A stretch of DNA of 64,000 nucleotides from a virus. Lineage: Duplodnaviria; Caudoviricetes. A program made the translations under genes and the position numbers. This document shows, piece by piece, positions 19,040 through 29,212 of the stretch; within the stretch, counting starts at the first letter, position 1, and each line of letters opens with the position of its first letter. Below the pieces are notes generated by a model. The model made no database searches, was not told the origin of the DNA, and was given only the letters and a program-made list of their open reading frames with translations. The stretch is taken from the IMG/VR virus record IMGVR_UViG_3300042291_001013, one strand, 5' to 3'.

Positions 19040-19810
19040 TTAATATCCTGCTTTTGCTATTTCAGCACCGCGGTTAAAACTGTCACTCCATGATGCTGTG
19101 CTGACACCGCCGCGAGCCTTTGACCATTGGTAACCGGCTCTGTGTCCTGAACAGTCTTTTGTACAAGGACTCATGCCCATGAACGTTAATTCTCGCAACT
19201 GTTCTTGCCCTTTGATGCCAATTACCATGCTTCGTATATAGTCAGTCTCGGGGTCTTCAAGTTTGATTTTGTCTTTGAAAAGAACCTTTTCCAGGGGAAA
19301 TAGTTCCAGCAATTGATCAGGCGAACCAAAATTGTGTTCACTGCTGGCCTGTACATTGTCTCGGCCCTGCAGGACCACAAGAGTTCCTGAAGGTATGTTA
19401 TCAAACCAGCCATGGTCAGGAATGTCTGTGGTGCTGGTGTTTATTACCAGGCCAGGATCTTGTAACTGACGATAGTCAATTTGATTGGCATCAGCTCGCA
19501 TGTGGTCTACACCATCAATGTTCATGCTCTGTTGCATTTGTTTTCCCTGACGCAACCATTTGGCGTTCTTTTCCACGTCAATGATGCGTTCAATAGGAGT
19601 GTTGGCTTTGCGCAAGATAGTACTCAAGTTACTGTACCATGAGCCCAGTACATAAGCAACTGGCACAGAGTCAATACCCTGTTTGCGCATGACTTGTTGT
19701 AGTTCACGAGCCAACCATATCTTGCTCAAGATCAAGTCTGTGGTATAACTGCCGGCCAAGCTGTAGCCAGAACTTTCTTCAAGTGGTGCATACAGCTCGT
19801 TTAGAATCAT
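19040..19810 (-). CDS. Rossmann/methyltransferase-like protein with Glu leader and short Cys-containing C-terminal module
   Basis: MILNELYAPLEE leader, VLGSWY, IIDVE, VINTS, LVVLQG; C-terminal LRE-LTFMGMSPCTKDCSGHRAGY module. Confidence 0.5.
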   Translation of the reverse strand: MILNELYAPLEESSGYSLAGSYTTDLILSKIWLARELQQVMRKQGIDSVPVAYVLGSWYSNLSTILRKANTPIERIIDVEKNAKWLRQGKQMQQSMNIDGVDHMRADANQIDYRQLQDPGLVINTSTTDIPDHGWFDNIPSGTLVVLQGRDNVQASSEHNFGSPDQLLELFPLEKVLFKDKIKLEDPETDYIRSMVIGIKGQEQLRELTFMGMSPCTKDCSGHRAGYQWSKARGGVSTASWSDSFNRGAEIAKAGY

Positions 19811-19971
19811 GGATTTAGTTTGAAACCTGTGCTTTGCATCACGGGAAAGTTTGATGGCGGTTTCTTTTGCTTGGGACCAAGTTGTGAGGTGCGTGGGTCA
19901 ACCACAGCATTGGGAACTCCTGATGCCACAGGAATAACTCTGTGTGTGCGATTCATTGCGGATTTTCTCAT
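19807..19971 (-). CDS. Small hypothetical protein (54 aa)
   Basis: Fills the gap between the protease and the next gene; its TGA overlaps the next ATG. Confidence 0.5.
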   Translation of the reverse strand: MRKSAMNRTHRVIPVASGVPNAVVDPRTSQLGPKQKKPPSNFPVMQSTGFKLNP

Positions 19972-19972
19972 G

Positions 19973-21520
19973 TTAAGTTCCTAGTCTTGTGTTACTTACC
20001 GACACTGCACCACTCACATTGCTGCCACTGGCAGTGTTAAACGGTAGATACGCAAATCTATTGGGACCACCATGCAAAATTTCTTCATTGCTGTAGTCAG
20101 TTTGCGATCCTGTGTCGTAGAGCATGTTGGCTGTGCTGGTGTCGATTACTTTTTGTCTTATCTGTGCTGGTGTGGCAGTGGGATATACCTGTAGCAATTG
20201 TGCGGCAAGGCCGGCCACCTGTGGTGAAGCCATGGACGTTCCTGAAATACTCATTATTTTATAACTGCCGTTTAGTGGATAAGCTGTGGTTGCGCCAAAT
20301 GTATTGGTAGTACTAGTGGTGCTTACAATGTTGGTACCTGGTGCGTAAACATCAACCCTGGGCCCAGATTCACTATCGCCAAGTTTGTGTTCAGGAGTGT
20401 CATATCCAGTGCTGACGTTGCCCACACAGATTACTCCTGTGGCACTGGCTGGTGAGCCACCACGCATGTAGTATCTAGGAGTGCTTGTTTGGTTAAAATA
20501 GTTGTCGTAATCTGGGCCGCCCAGCACATCTAAAGTTTGATAATAGTTTCCGGCTGCACCAACTAAGACCACACCTGCTGCCAGCAACTCAGCCACATCC
20601 ACATCCACACTGTCTACCCTTACGCCAAAGCGATTGGATGCACTGCCAATCATGCCATAACTGGGTTGTTTGCTACTGCCGGACCAGACTGTTCCACGAT
20701 ATACCCCGCCATTGATACTGGTAAAAGTAGTGATGTAACTCCAGCTCATATTCACAACTGTGGGACGTTTGTAGCCCAAGGCAGGGTCAACTGTTTTGTT
20801 GTTGTGCCAACCCTTGATGCAGTCAAACACATCAGTTGTTGATATCCCATTGGTAGGCGCCACATTGAGGCCGTCCACAGTCATAACATATATTCTGGCA
20901 TTTTTAGCACGACCGTATGTTTTGCCTGCGGCAATGCCACAACAGTGTGTGCCATGTCCGTCGTAGTCGGTATAAAAATTAGCAGGCATGGTGCCCGCAA
21001 TCCCTGACGCTGTGTACCAGTCTATTTGCTGTACTCTAGTCACACCGGCTGCATCTTGAAAATCAGGATGATCAACCTGACAGCCCGAGTCTTGTACCAC
21101 AAAATCTACTCCAGTACCGTCCAAGGGATAGTTGTAGGTTAATGTGCCTGATGCACCTGGGGTATTCATTGTGGTTGAATTGCATCTAAACAGCCCCCAG
21201 TTAATACCAAGATTGTTGGCAGGATTGGTTCCCGGACTTTTATAATACAAGCCAGTTTGGCTGGCGTTGTTGTGAATTTGAATATCTGAGCGATGTTCAG
21301 GAGGGAGTTCTACACAAAAAACTCTAGAGTCGTTGCGCAGGTTATCTGCTTCCTCATCAGTCAAGTCATACCAGCACTGGCGTAGACTAGTAGGTCGCTC
21401 GTTTACAATGTCTATACCGCGTTGGGGCACGTATGTACTGCCCGAGCCGTCTGTTTCTATTTCAGTCCAGAAGGCGTCATAGTCAACGCCTTCTTTGAGA
21501 GCTACGTTGTATGTGGTCAT
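19973..21520 (-). CDS. Subtilisin-like S8 serine protease with N-terminal prodomain
   Basis: Catalytic triad motifs VVQDSG, HGTHCCG and SGTSMASP; oxyanion AAGN. Confidence 0.93.
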   Translation of the reverse strand: MTTYNVALKEGVDYDAFWTEIETDGSGSTYVPQRGIDIVNERPTSLRQCWYDLTDEEADNLRNDSRVFCVELPPEHRSDIQIHNNASQTGLYYKSPGTNPANNLGINWGLFRCNSTTMNTPGASGTLTYNYPLDGTGVDFVVQDSGCQVDHPDFQDAAGVTRVQQIDWYTASGIAGTMPANFYTDYDGHGTHCCGIAAGKTYGRAKNARIYVMTVDGLNVAPTNGISTTDVFDCIKGWHNNKTVDPALGYKRPTVVNMSWSYITTFTSINGGVYRGTVWSGSSKQPSYGMIGSASNRFGVRVDSVDVDVAELLAAGVVLVGAAGNYYQTLDVLGGPDYDNYFNQTSTPRYYMRGGSPASATGVICVGNVSTGYDTPEHKLGDSESGPRVDVYAPGTNIVSTTSTTNTFGATTAYPLNGSYKIMSISGTSMASPQVAGLAAQLLQVYPTATPAQIRQKVIDTSTANMLYDTGSQTDYSNEEILHGGPNRFAYLPFNTASGSNVSGAVSVSNTRLGT

Positions 21521-21522
21521 TG

Positions 21523-24500
21523 TTAGATAATATTGGCCCAGGCACCATTCTCGTAACCCTGGAACTTGTTGACAGATGAATTGTAAATCATGTCACCATT
21601 TGCCGCAATAGTGTTGGCAATTTGTGCTGTGGTTAAACTAGGCAATCGGAATGTGCCGCCACCAATCACACGCACCGCAGACACCGCTGATAAGTCCAAG
21701 TTTGTGGTACTGCTTATTGTGGGAGTACCTGCGCCGCCACCAACAACATTACCAATAAAGTTACCAGCAGTAACGTTGCCAGTAGTTGATATAGGGTTAG
21801 AACCAAATGCAGCCAGATTTGCCGCTACATTGGCGTTGCCATAAGAACTAACACCGTTGGCAATACCAGTCAATAAACTGCCATTACCAATAAAATAGTT
21901 GCTAGAGATATTGCCTGTGGTACTGATTGTGTTACTGCCATACCCAGCTAGCAAGGTAACCACGTTTGAGTTACCATAACCACTTGCGGCAATACCAGTC
22001 AACAGCGATCCATTACCAATAAAGAAATTGCCAGCAATGTTGCCTGTAGCACTAACAATACCGCCAGTGCTGACGTTGGCCGCAACCATGTTGCCTGTGG
22101 CTGATATCACGCCAGGGCTAGTTATGTTGCCACCACTCACGTTACCTGTAGCTGACACCAGGCCTGACACATACGCACCAGTGTTGGCCACTACCATGAC
22201 GTTTGATGTACCGCCAATGGTTACAGTAGCGTTGCCGTTTATCAGTGGCATTGAAATAACACTGGTTCCGTTAATTACACCAGGGTGATTGTGACTTTGT
22301 TCAGCACCAACAGCGTTGGCCACGTTGCCCAGGAAGTAAGCACCTGTGACATTGCCAGTACTACTGATCACACCACCTGTGATAATGTTGCCGCCTGTGA
22401 CGTTGCCGGCAAATGTTGGTGCAGTTTCAATCCCAACTGTGGCAGTTTTACTAGTGGCATTGCCCACAATTGTGACATTGGTACCTGGAGTCAGTGTAAC
22501 TGTGTCATTGGGGCTGGAAGCCACCAAACTGGTACCGTTGGCACTGACTGTGTTGAAAATGTTTGCGGCTGCCGCAGTAATGCCTGTCAGCTGTGAGCCA
22601 TTGCCCACAAAGAACCCAGCTGCCTCAACGTTGCCCACAGCACTGATTGTGCCCAGAGATTCAATATTGTTTTCAACATTCAAGCCATCAACCACTGTGA
22701 CAAATGCACTGTTGTCAGATGTAATGGTGTTGGTAACCAGTATTGGTGTTTCAACACCGCCCTCGGCCCTGATCCCATCTTCTATAGTGACAAAACTGCT
22801 GTCGCCTGATGTGATGCGGCTGGCTGTAATAACACCTGAAACTGTCAAATTGCTCAGTGCGCCCACACTAGTAAGACTACTGTTTACAACATTGGAAGCC
22901 AGTGTATTGCCCACCAAGAGCTGTGCATTGGCATTGGTGGCCACAATGCCAGTCAGCTGTGATCCATTGCCAACGTAGTAACTTGCAAATATATTGCCTG
23001 TGGCACTAATGTTGCTAGCGGCACTCATGCCAGCAGTGGCTTTGACAAATACGCCCTGAATGTTGGCAGTTGTTGTAACGTTGCCAGCCAAAAGTGATAA
23101 GTTACCGGTGTATGTGGGCAAATACGTTGCAACGTTGGCATTGCCATACGATGCCGCAATGCCTGTGAGCAAGGCTCCGTTGCCTAGTACATAGCCGCCT
23201 GTGGAGATATTACCAGTGGCAGTGACAGCACCAGTTATGGTTGTATTGCCACCTGATACAGCGCCCGAGACCGCCAGCGAAGTCAGTGTGCCCACTGACG
23301 TAATTGCTGACTGTGCAGGATTGGTCACTGTGTTGGCAGTTGCGGCGCTGGTGGCAAAACTAGAATTCTGTGCAGTCAGCGCATTGCCAGAGTTGGCCGC
23401 ATAGCCTGCATTGGCCACTGTGCCCGAAACATTGGCACCAGTTATTGAGCTCAGTGCCGAACCATTGCCGCTGATGTTACCACTACTAATGTTACCAGTA
23501 ACTGCCAGCGTTGACAGCGTGCCTACTGAAGTGATATTGGGCTGTGCGGCTGTGGTCACTGTGCCTGCTGTGATGGCCACTGTGGCCAAGGTGGCTGAAT
23601 TTGCAGAGCCAGCAGTGTTGGCAAAATATGCATTGTTTACAATGCCCAACACGTTGGCGCCAGTGATATTGCTGAGTTGTGCGGCGCCACCAATGAAGTT
23701 GGCCCCAGTCACATTGCCAGCTGTACCTAAATTGCCTACGTTAGCATTACCAGTTAATGATATGGCCTCGCCAGTGATATTGCCAGTGTATGTGGGTAAG
23801 AACATGGCTACGTTTGAGTTGCCGTATCCAGACTGAACTCCAGTTAAGAAAGCACCATTGCCAACAAAGTACCCAGTGGTGGTTCTGATATTTCCCACAG
23901 CAAGTACACCATTTAGGGCATTTAAGTTATTGCCAGCCAGGATGTTTCCAACGGTGCTGATAAATCCGCCAACGTTGGCATTGCCTGTAGTGGAAATATT
24001 GTTGGGAGTCAAGTTGCCGGTGTATGTGGGCAAGTACGCCTGCACATTGGCATTGCTGTAAGTGGCTGGCAATCCAGTCAGCTGTGATCCGTTACCAAAC
24101 AGATACCCAGTTGTGGTGATATTGCCAGTTGACACCAAGGATGTTAGAGTGCCCACACTAGTGATATTGGGCTGTGCGGCAGTGGTCACTGTTTGAGCTC
24201 GCACTGCTGTTGTGGCTGTGGCTGCCAGGGTTGCCACAGCAGCCTGCTCAGCATTGGTTGCGTAACTGGCATTGGCCACTGCACCTGACACATTGGCGCC
24301 AGCCACACTGTAGGCCACGTAGGCTATGTTAGCAATTGCGGCTTGATTTACTATACCTGACACATTGGCGCCGGCCACAGCACCTGCTGAGTTGGCATAG
24401 TTTGCTATGCTGGCTGCTCCTGCTGATGTGGCATATGTGGCGTTGGCCACGGTGCCCGAAACGTTGGCACCAGTCACGCTGTAGGCCACGTTGGCTGTGG

Positions 24501-25086
24501 TAGCTGAAGTTGCTGTGCCTGAAAGATTTGAATACTGTGCGTTGGCCACAAGACCAACCACATTACTACCTGTGATACCGGAAAGTCTTGAGCCTGATCC
24601 AACAAAATAAGCCGCATCCACATTGCCTGTGGTGGCCAAGATATTGGTATTGGCATTGTAAGTTAGATTACCACTAGCACCAAATGTGCCATTTTGATTG
24701 AACTGGATCTGGGTGTTTCCACCTGCGGCAATACCAGCACCGTTGCCACCGGCAACTTGAATTAGAATATTGCCATTGCCCAGATTGTTTAAGTAAACAC
24801 CCGGGCCGGTAAAGTTCAGTGTGTTGGCTGATGTTGTAAGAGTATTGCTGTCATACTGTATGGTCACTGTGCGTGGCAGCGCGGCTACCACTACGTTTTG
24901 TGTAGGCAAAGGAGCAAACAAGTTGCCCAGGCCAGTACTTTGAGCTGGTGGACGTGAAAGTCCAGTTTGTGCAGGAACCGGAATTGGCACACCTGAACCA
25001 GGACCTGGCGGTACTGGATCGGGCGCTGTATCAAGCGGTCCAATTACGCCGTCTGCTATGGTAGGGGTGATATTCGCGGTTGGCAT
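21523..25086 (-). CDS. Long Gly/Asn/Ala/Thr-rich repetitive tail-fibre or virion protein
   Basis: Repeats AAQPNITSVGTL, FVGNGSQLTGI and YGNANVA; C-terminal NGDMIYNSSVNKFQGYENGAW. Confidence 0.75.
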   Translation of the reverse strand: MPTANITPTIADGVIGPLDTAPDPVPPGPGSGVPIPVPAQTGLSRPPAQSTGLGNLFAPLPTQNVVVAALPRTVTIQYDSNTLTTSANTLNFTGPGVYLNNLGNGNILIQVAGGNGAGIAAGGNTQIQFNQNGTFGASGNLTYNANTNILATTGNVDAAYFVGSGSRLSGITGSNVVGLVANAQYSNLSGTATSATTANVAYSVTGANVSGTVANATYATSAGAASIANYANSAGAVAGANVSGIVNQAAIANIAYVAYSVAGANVSGAVANASYATNAEQAAVATLAATATTAVRAQTVTTAAQPNITSVGTLTSLVSTGNITTTGYLFGNGSQLTGLPATYSNANVQAYLPTYTGNLTPNNISTTGNANVGGFISTVGNILAGNNLNALNGVLAVGNIRTTTGYFVGNGAFLTGVQSGYGNSNVAMFLPTYTGNITGEAISLTGNANVGNLGTAGNVTGANFIGGAAQLSNITGANVLGIVNNAYFANTAGSANSATLATVAITAGTVTTAAQPNITSVGTLSTLAVTGNISSGNISGNGSALSSITGANVSGTVANAGYAANSGNALTAQNSSFATSAATANTVTNPAQSAITSVGTLTSLAVSGAVSGGNTTITGAVTATGNISTGGYVLGNGALLTGIAASYGNANVATYLPTYTGNLSLLAGNVTTTANIQGVFVKATAGMSAASNISATGNIFASYYVGNGSQLTGIVATNANAQLLVGNTLASNVVNSSLTSVGALSNLTVSGVITASRITSGDSSFVTIEDGIRAEGGVETPILVTNTITSDNSAFVTVVDGLNVENNIESLGTISAVGNVEAAGFFVGNGSQLTGITAAAANIFNTVSANGTSLVASSPNDTVTLTPGTNVTIVGNATSKTATVGIETAPTFAGNVTGGNIITGGVISSTGNVTGAYFLGNVANAVGAEQSHNHPGVINGTSVISMPLINGNATVTIGGTSNVMVVANTGAYVSGLVSATGNVSGGNITSPGVISATGNMVAANVSTGGIVSATGNIAGNFFIGNGSLLTGIAASGYGNSNVVTLLAGYGSNTISTTGNISSNYFIGNGSLLTGIANGVSSYGNANVAANLAAFGSNPISTTGNVTAGNFIGNVVGGGAGTPTISSTTNLDLSAVSAVRVIGGGTFRLPSLTTAQIANTIAANGDMIYNSSVNKFQGYENGAWANII

Positions 25087-25088
25087 TG

Positions 25089-25628
25089 TTATCGTTCTTT
25101 CTTAGGCTGCTGTGCAGGTTGTACCGCTGTGGGTACGTTTTTATAAACACGTTTTTCAGGATCGTAAACTGTTTTTAGTGGGCCCATGCCTGCTAGCTGT
25201 TTAACTCGGGCAACCATGGCTTGATAGTCATCGCCATAGTCTGCTTCTTTTTCTTTGTTTTCTGCTACACCTTGCTTTTTAGCTTGTTGAATCTTTGCTT
25301 GTATTAATTTTAACTGTTTGCTCAATGGGTCGTCTAGACCAACACGACCGCCGTCTTTTACAATAGCATCGATCTTGTCGCTGATTTCGCTTGCTTTAGC
25401 TTTTAATGATGTTAAATCATCAGCGCCTTCCGCCACACCTTGCTTTCTATTATCCAATTTGGTAAACGCTTTAACAAAATTAGGACCACTTTTCATGCTT
25501 TTTGAGTCACTGCGTTTTGTAGGATCCATTTTGTGTTTAAGGTTATCTTTATCTAATTTTGTTAGATAACTGGTTAGCGTAGCATCACTAACCTCCGCCA
25601 CACCTTGAGTAAATTCATTCAGTCTCAT
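25089..25628 (-). CDS. Modular protein with three QGVAE junctions; putative internal head protein
   Basis: MRLNEFTQGVAE...KQGVAEG...KQGVAEN. Start placed at MRLNE. Confidence 0.65.
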   Translation of the reverse strand: MRLNEFTQGVAEVSDATLTSYLTKLDKDNLKHKMDPTKRSDSKSMKSGPNFVKAFTKLDNRKQGVAEGADDLTSLKAKASEISDKIDAIVKDGGRVGLDDPLSKQLKLIQAKIQQAKKQGVAENKEKEADYGDDYQAMVARVKQLAGMGPLKTVYDPEKRVYKNVPTAVQPAQQPKKER

Positions 25629-26215
25629 CTGATGCCCGCCATGCTCTGTAAACTGCGAACGTCCGTGCTGACTTCGTGTATGCGTTTGGTCTTGATACCA
25701 GCGGCCACACGCCACTCATTGAGTTCAGTATCATACTTGGCACGATAAGCGTTGGGTGTGAGTGGCACTGCGTCAGCAAAAGTTTCTTCACTCCAAGGAG
25801 CTTCCTTGCCCTTGTAGTGCATGATCCACTGATCTGCTTCAAATTCAGTTAGTGTGCTCAGGTCATCCAACAACTGTTGAATATGCTGTGGAGCAGCCGA
25901 TCGCCTGCGAAGTTCCACATAAACTAGATAGCGATTGGGTTTGATTTCGCCAGGGCTACGATCAGAATCAAGAACAAAATCGTATCCTTTTTCAAACCAA
26001 CCCACAAGATCCTTGGCGGCTTGCAGGTCACGTACAAAAAATGATATCACGATGATATCTTCATCATCGCCCATTTTGCTAGAAAATTCGTCCACGTGAA
26101 TAGTGGGCTTCATGATGCCATCAAGGTCTTTGTATTGAAGACCTTCAAACAGCAGGGGCTGGTTGTTGTCCGGGTTGTTGTTGAAGGGATTGTTGTGCAT
26201 CTTGGGCCTGGTCAT
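25625..26215 (-). CDS. Conserved-looking phage hypothetical protein (start uncertain)
   Basis: MKPTIHVDEFSSKMGDDEDIIVISF; coupled to its neighbours. Confidence 0.6.
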   Translation of the reverse strand: MTRPKMHNNPFNNNPDNNQPLLFEGLQYKDLDGIMKPTIHVDEFSSKMGDDEDIIVISFFVRDLQAAKDLVGWFEKGYDFVLDSDRSPGEIKPNRYLVYVELRRRSAAPQHIQQLLDDLSTLTEFEADQWIMHYKGKEAPWSEETFADAVPLTPNAYRAKYDTELNEWRVAAGIKTKRIHEVSTDVRSLQSMAGIR

Positions 26216-26735
26216 TGCTTTGGTTAGCTTCTTTGTCTAGATCCTGCTCATAGGCTTGATCTAGTTCATCAAGATCAATGTCTTGATCTTCCATTTCTAT
26301 AGATCCTGTGCGGATATCATTTATCAAGGCCTTGGGCATGGTGATTTCCACAAGCCAAACTTCCTTGGTCATTAACTTGGCTTTTTTCTCGCCGGGGCGA
26401 TAGTCCGAAGGATCGTTAATTTTAATCGGGATCTTTATTTCTTTTTTCTGGTATTCGACTTCGCAATCAAATGGTAGCAAACGTCGAGCACCACGGGGGT
26501 CAGGCATGAGCTTGAGCGGCCACATAAACGTGCAAGCCACACGGTACTTGCCAATTTCAGGTCCGGCCACTAGTTCACCAATTTCCCAGTTTTTAAATGC
26601 GTAGATATCCACTTCGTCCAGCACACGCTCAAAATCCAGCAAGGTAGTCAGGCTACCTTCGCTCATGTAGATGTCGCGAATGTTGTCGGCAACTTGCCAG
26701 TAGTCGGTGTGGTCTTTAAAGAGCTCTTTATCCAT
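26145..26735 (-). CDS. Acidic phage hypothetical protein
   Basis: Start MDKELF 7 nt after a TAAATA box. Confidence 0.65.
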   Translation of the reverse strand: MDKELFKDHTDYWQVADNIRDIYMSEGSLTTLLDFERVLDEVDIYAFKNWEIGELVAGPEIGKYRVACTFMWPLKLMPDPRGARRLLPFDCEVEYQKKEIKIPIKINDPSDYRPGEKKAKLMTKEVWLVEITMPKALINDIRTGSIEMEDQDIDLDELDQAYEQDLDKEANQSNDQAQDAQQSLQQQPGQQPAPAV

Positions 26736-26839
26736 AGTTCTATATTTAGCCGATTGGACTAGAGCCGAAGTTTTGCAGAGATGCAATCCCTGGTGAGTAT
26801 TTAGTGGCTGTGCTGTGCAAAAACAGTGCCTATATTTGA

Positions 26840-27640
26840 TTGAGACACAACTCCGTAAATATCATTGTCCACTTAACGGATACTAAGGAGAAGGAAACTT
26901 TGAGTAGAAATCGCGCCCAAAAGGCCCAAACAAAGCGTATGAATCAGGCAGTAGAAAACACCATAGCCTTTAATCAACAGGCACCTAAGGCGGCACAGCG
27001 CCGCATAGACTTGATCCCTCGAACACGAAATCAAGAAGCCTTGGTGTTGGCTCTACAAAATCCTGATGCTCACATTGTGGTTACGGCAGGCCCTGCAGGA
27101 ACAGGCAAGACGTATCTAGCAATGCTGGCTGCAATAAAAGCATTGAAAGAAGGAGTGTGCGATAGGATAGTAATGACACGCCCAGCAGTGGGTGTGGAGG
27201 GTGAACAGCATGGTTTTCTTCCGGGCAACCTAGTTGCCAAAATGGAACCATGGACTCGTCCCTTGCTAGACGTCATGCGAGAATATTATCGTCCCCAGGA
27301 CATTGTGGCTATGATAGAAGATCAGGTTGTGGAGATAGCGCCTCTGGCATTCATGCGCGGCCGAACCTTTAAAAACTCATGGATCATTGCTGATGAAATG
27401 CAAAATGCCACACCAGCCCAAACCAAGATGTTAATGACACGCATAGGATCAAATAGCAAGATTGTGATAACAGGTGATGTTGAGCAAGCCGACCGCCATA
27501 GCGGTGACAACGGCCTCCTTGACCTGTGTGAACGCTTACAGGCTCAAGCCGTGCGAGGCATAGAAGTATGCCCCATGGAAGCTAGAGATGTACAGCGTCA
27601 TAAGATAATTGGGTCAGTGTTGAAACTCTACGCAGTTTAG
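26840..27640 (+). CDS. phoH: PhoH-family ATPase (start probably the TTG near 26900)
   Basis: GPAGTGKT, RPAV, PLAFMRGRTF, ADEMQN, TGDVEQAD. Confidence 0.95.
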   Translation: MRHNSVNIIVHLTDTKEKETLSRNRAQKAQTKRMNQAVENTIAFNQQAPKAAQRRIDLIPRTRNQEALVLALQNPDAHIVVTAGPAGTGKTYLAMLAAIKALKEGVCDRIVMTRPAVGVEGEQHGFLPGNLVAKMEPWTRPLLDVMREYYRPQDIVAMIEDQVVEIAPLAFMRGRTFKNSWIIADEMQNATPAQTKMLMTRIGSNSKIVITGDVEQADRHSGDNGLLDLCERLQAQAVRGIEVCPMEARDVQRHKIIGSVLKLYAV

Positions 27641-28293
27641 GAGGTGATAATTTCGTAGATTTCCCGCCAATTTTTTACTACGGGATACGGACACTTATAA
27701 TTCATGTTGTGTCCGTGTTCTACTAGTATACTTTTCAAGCCCAGAACATGACCAACATCAGCGTTCTCGGGCTTGTCTTCTATCCAGTAACAACCTGAGT
27801 CTTGGTAAGCACTTAGAGCCTCGTGCTTGTCTGCACCTGTGTCCAAGCAAATGATTTGCTCAAATGCAGTTTTGCCAAACAGTTTACGCAGATTCATTTC
27901 ACGCAGTCGACCAGCGTTAACATCTAGACTCAGGCTAGTAATACAATGAAATACATAACCATGTTCCTCATGCAGTCGTTTCACATAGTACATGGCATCA
28001 CGCAAGGGTGGCAAGAATCCAATTGCGGCAGACTCATTAAACAGTTTGATCAGCTTGCGACCCTGATCTCGACTGATGCCGTATCGTTCGCCAATGTCGT
28101 ATATGAATTCAGAGCCAGGTTGCTTTTCGTGCCCGTGCTGTTCCATCCATATGGCAAAGGCATACTCCCAGTTAAGGAGTACACCGTCTGCATCAACTAG
28201 TAGCAGTTTCTGGGGGTTGTGCTGACTCTTCGGGTTTTTTGAGCTCGATTTCATATCCATTTTCGTTAAACAACCTTGTGATGGTTGCCTCAT
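27637..28293 (-). CDS. HAD-family 5'(3')-nucleotidase-like protein
   Basis: LVDADGVLLNW and WIEDKPEN motifs. Confidence 0.8.
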   Translation of the reverse strand: MRQPSQGCLTKMDMKSSSKNPKSQHNPQKLLLVDADGVLLNWEYAFAIWMEQHGHEKQPGSEFIYDIGERYGISRDQGRKLIKLFNESAAIGFLPPLRDAMYYVKRLHEEHGYVFHCITSLSLDVNAGRLREMNLRKLFGKTAFEQIICLDTGADKHEALSAYQDSGCYWIEDKPENADVGHVLGLKSILVEHGHNMNYKCPYPVVKNWREIYEIITS

Positions 28294-28501
28294 AGTGTTT
28301 CATGTAGTATTCCACAATGCGGTTAAAGTCTCTAGGTACTTGTGTGCCGCCCATGCTACATTTTAACACAGAAAGGGTTCGGAAGTCAAGTATCACATTT
28401 GCCGTTTGGTAATCCCGGGTTTTTAGGCTTTTGGCCACGGCCATGACTTCGTCAATTTGACCATCAGGTTTGGTATAGTAGGTAAGTATCAGATAACGCA
28501 T
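28193..28501 (-). CDS. Hypothetical protein
   Basis: Clean ORF in operon context. Confidence 0.6.
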   Translation of the reverse strand: MRYLILTYYTKPDGQIDEVMAVAKSLKTRDYQTANVILDFRTLSVLKCSMGGTQVPRDFNRIVEYYMKHYEATITRLFNENGYEIELKKPEESAQPPETATS

Positions 28502-28510
28502 TTTTTTAAT

Positions 28511-29212
28511 ATGATTTTAACAATAGGTCCCGGTGGTGCAGGATTAACATTTTTAAATTGGTCCATTGTGTTCCTCCGGGGTGACATAACATACACCACG
28601 ATTGACAAATTGTCAACACAAATAGTAGATATTAATCCATTACAAGGCTCGACTGCACATCACTTTCACAAAGATCATATACAGTCTTCAAATAATTTAT
28701 GCCACCTGGCCACAGGTACTGAAAAATCAGTAATATATGTTACGCCGTCAAACCAAAAAGATTTTGATTATATTTCCCAGTTCAAGTGTAAAAAAATAGT
28801 ATTTGATTGCGGGAATCGAAACAAAGAACTTTTTGTTAGAATGGTCACACAAATGCCTTGTAGGAAGATTCCTGATCTAATAGATAAACTGGCATCCAAG
28901 TTTGGGATTGATGCGGCCAAACAAACTTTACTGGACCGCAGTAAAATGTTCACACACTATTACACTATTCCAAGTGCTGGTGATGAGTATTTTGTAATCA
29001 GCTATGATGATATTTTTGAAAATCTAGATCAACAAATTGGCAAATTGTTTTTGTTTCTTGGGGAGACAATTGATCAATCTAGATTTGATAAATGGCTAGC
29101 TATCTATAAAACTTATCAAGATCTAAACTCCAATTTATTGTCTGACTTTACAGTTGGGTTGTCTGAGGTTCCATACTCTGTTAGGCTTCAAGTTTTTAAA
29201 GAAATATCATAA
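28511..29212 (+). CDS. AT-rich hypothetical protein, sulfotransferase-like fold possible
   Basis: IGPGGAGLTFLNWSI, HHFHKDH, ISYDDIF; inverted relative to flanking genes. Confidence 0.45.
   Translation: MILTIGPGGAGLTFLNWSIVFLRGDITYTTIDKLSTQIVDINPLQGSTAHHFHKDHIQSSNNLCHLATGTEKSVIYVTPSNQKDFDYISQFKCKKIVFDCGNRNKELFVRMVTQMPCRKIPDLIDKLASKFGIDAAKQTLLDRSKMFTHYYTIPSAGDEYFVISYDDIFENLDQQIGKLFLFLGETIDQSRFDKWLAIYKTYQDLNSNLLSDFTVGLSEVPYSVRLQVFKEIS

Noticed and set aside
22028-23836. Several plus-strand ORFs rich in LP/VT (also 33992..34369, 39659..41371)
   Set aside because: They are antisense shadows of repetitive structural genes and have no RBS or promoter.
26145-26215. Programmed frameshift between the overlapping ORFs at 26145..26215
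   Set aside because: No slippery heptamer is evident, and an alternative downstream start explains the overlap.
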